Origin: Azolla caroliniana
Taxonomy: Eukaryota > Plantae > Polypodiophyta
NCBI GenBank assembly: GCA_043228905.1
Contig: JBHGNT010000017.1
Coordinates: forward strand, 14,632,001-14,696,000
Direction: 5' to 3'
DNA length: 64,000 bases
The first letter of the stretch is position 1, and every line of letters starts with the position of its first letter. Of this stretch, positions 62,845-64,000 are shown one piece after another. Position numbers and translations under genes: made by a program. The notes under the pieces were generated by a model, which was not told the DNA's origin, ran no database searches, and was given only the letters and a program-made list of their open reading frames with translations.

Positions 62845-64000
62845 ACGTCGGATCAGAGTGAGTCTGATGGAGCCGTGAGCGATGGTTTGAAGCCGCCTAA
62901 CGAGAACCCCATGATTTGATATGGATACAACGAGTACATGGCGCACCACTATGCGTACATGGTTAAGGTGGCTGAAGTCCGAGAGCCGAAGAGCTACGTG
63001 GAGGCATCATAGGATGCCACATGGAAATTGGCAATGGAGGAAGAGATGCATGCTCTAGCCGAAAACGAGACATTGGATTGGGTTGACCCCCCCCAAAGGG
63101 GTGGCATCTACATCAAATGGATGTAAAGAACATGTTCTTGCAAGGAGAACTTGAAGAACAGGTATATATAATTCAACCCCCCCAATTTCAATGCGCAATG
63201 AACAAGTCAACAATCTGCCAATTGAAGAAGTTCCTTTACGGACTGAAGCAAGCCCCTTGAGCTTGGAACGCAAAGATCACATAGTGCTTGCATCGGATGG
63301 GGTTTCAGCCATCAAAGTTGGACTCCTCCTTGTTCATTAGGCAAGGCCAAAATGGGTCAGTGTGCATATTGCTTTATGTTTATGACCAGGTCATTGTCAC
63401 TACCCACCTTGAAGAAATCGGTCGTGTCAAGTCTCAATTGTCGGCAGCCTTTGAATGGGGCCTTTCATCACTTCCTCGGGATCAAAGTGATCTGCACCCC
63501 GATGGCATATTGATCAGCCAAAGACATTATGTATTCAATATGTTGATCAAATTCTGCATGATGGATTGCCGATCCGTCTCAACTCCTCTAGGTAGAAGTG
63601 CCAAGCTTCACCACGATTCAGTGTTGGCTTGTGATGCGACATGGTTCCGGTAGATTGTCGAAAGCCTTATCTACTGGAGGATCACCCGACCCAACCTCAG
63701 CTATCTGGTCGGTGTGATCAACTAATGTTGAGATACAAGCTCAACATTGGGTGCGTAAACTAGTGCGTAGACTGGGTGCATAAACCGGGTGCGCAACGAG
63801 AGGTCGTAGCGGTGCGTAAACCGGGAGGCCGTTGGATAGATATTCCATGGAGGAATATATTTTGGGAGTTAGTGTAGGCGCTCATTGATGAGCATTGAAG
63901 TACGTGTCAATACTTCTGTCAATCCATATGGACCTATATAAAAGTGCTCTCTGAGCACATCATATGTATAGAGTTTTAGAGTATTGTTTTGGAATAGAGT
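62845..64000 (+). mobile_element. Bryco-like copia fragment (deleted RT) with 3' LTR from 63726
   Basis: YMAHHYAYM, CILLYVYD; LTR start tgttgagatacaagctcaacattgg as in the copies ending at 23684 and 57758. Confidence 0.85.

Overview
Plant nuclear heterochromatin, probably from a moss (inferred from the element families), with no intact host gene. The window is a nested stack of transposons that can be unpeeled using target-site duplications (TSDs). The base layer is a decayed Sola2-like DNA transposon: a spliced transposase on + and a convergent RING-finger gene on -, with TAGCTAATTAGCTA arrays in their introns. Inserted into or next to it are four Bryco-like copia copies, three Tork/TAR-like copia plus a solo LTR, several Phygy-like gypsy elements or LTRs (4-bp TSD, tRNA-Trp PBS), a chromovirus 3' end and an odd two-headed gypsy composite. 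The standout is a 15.6-kb (about 9.3-kb core) element at 39035-54640 with terminal inverted repeats (TIRs) and a 4-bp TSD. It encodes a Sola1/DUF7869-like transposase and, divergently, a 6-exon ParB-like + beta-class amino-DNA-methyltransferase fusion gene (decayed here) whose first intron holds seven regularly spaced palindromes. Separately, LTRs of two unrelated gypsy lineages carry an antisense tRNA-like A/B-box unit in U3. All family names come from motif recognition by eye, not database searches.
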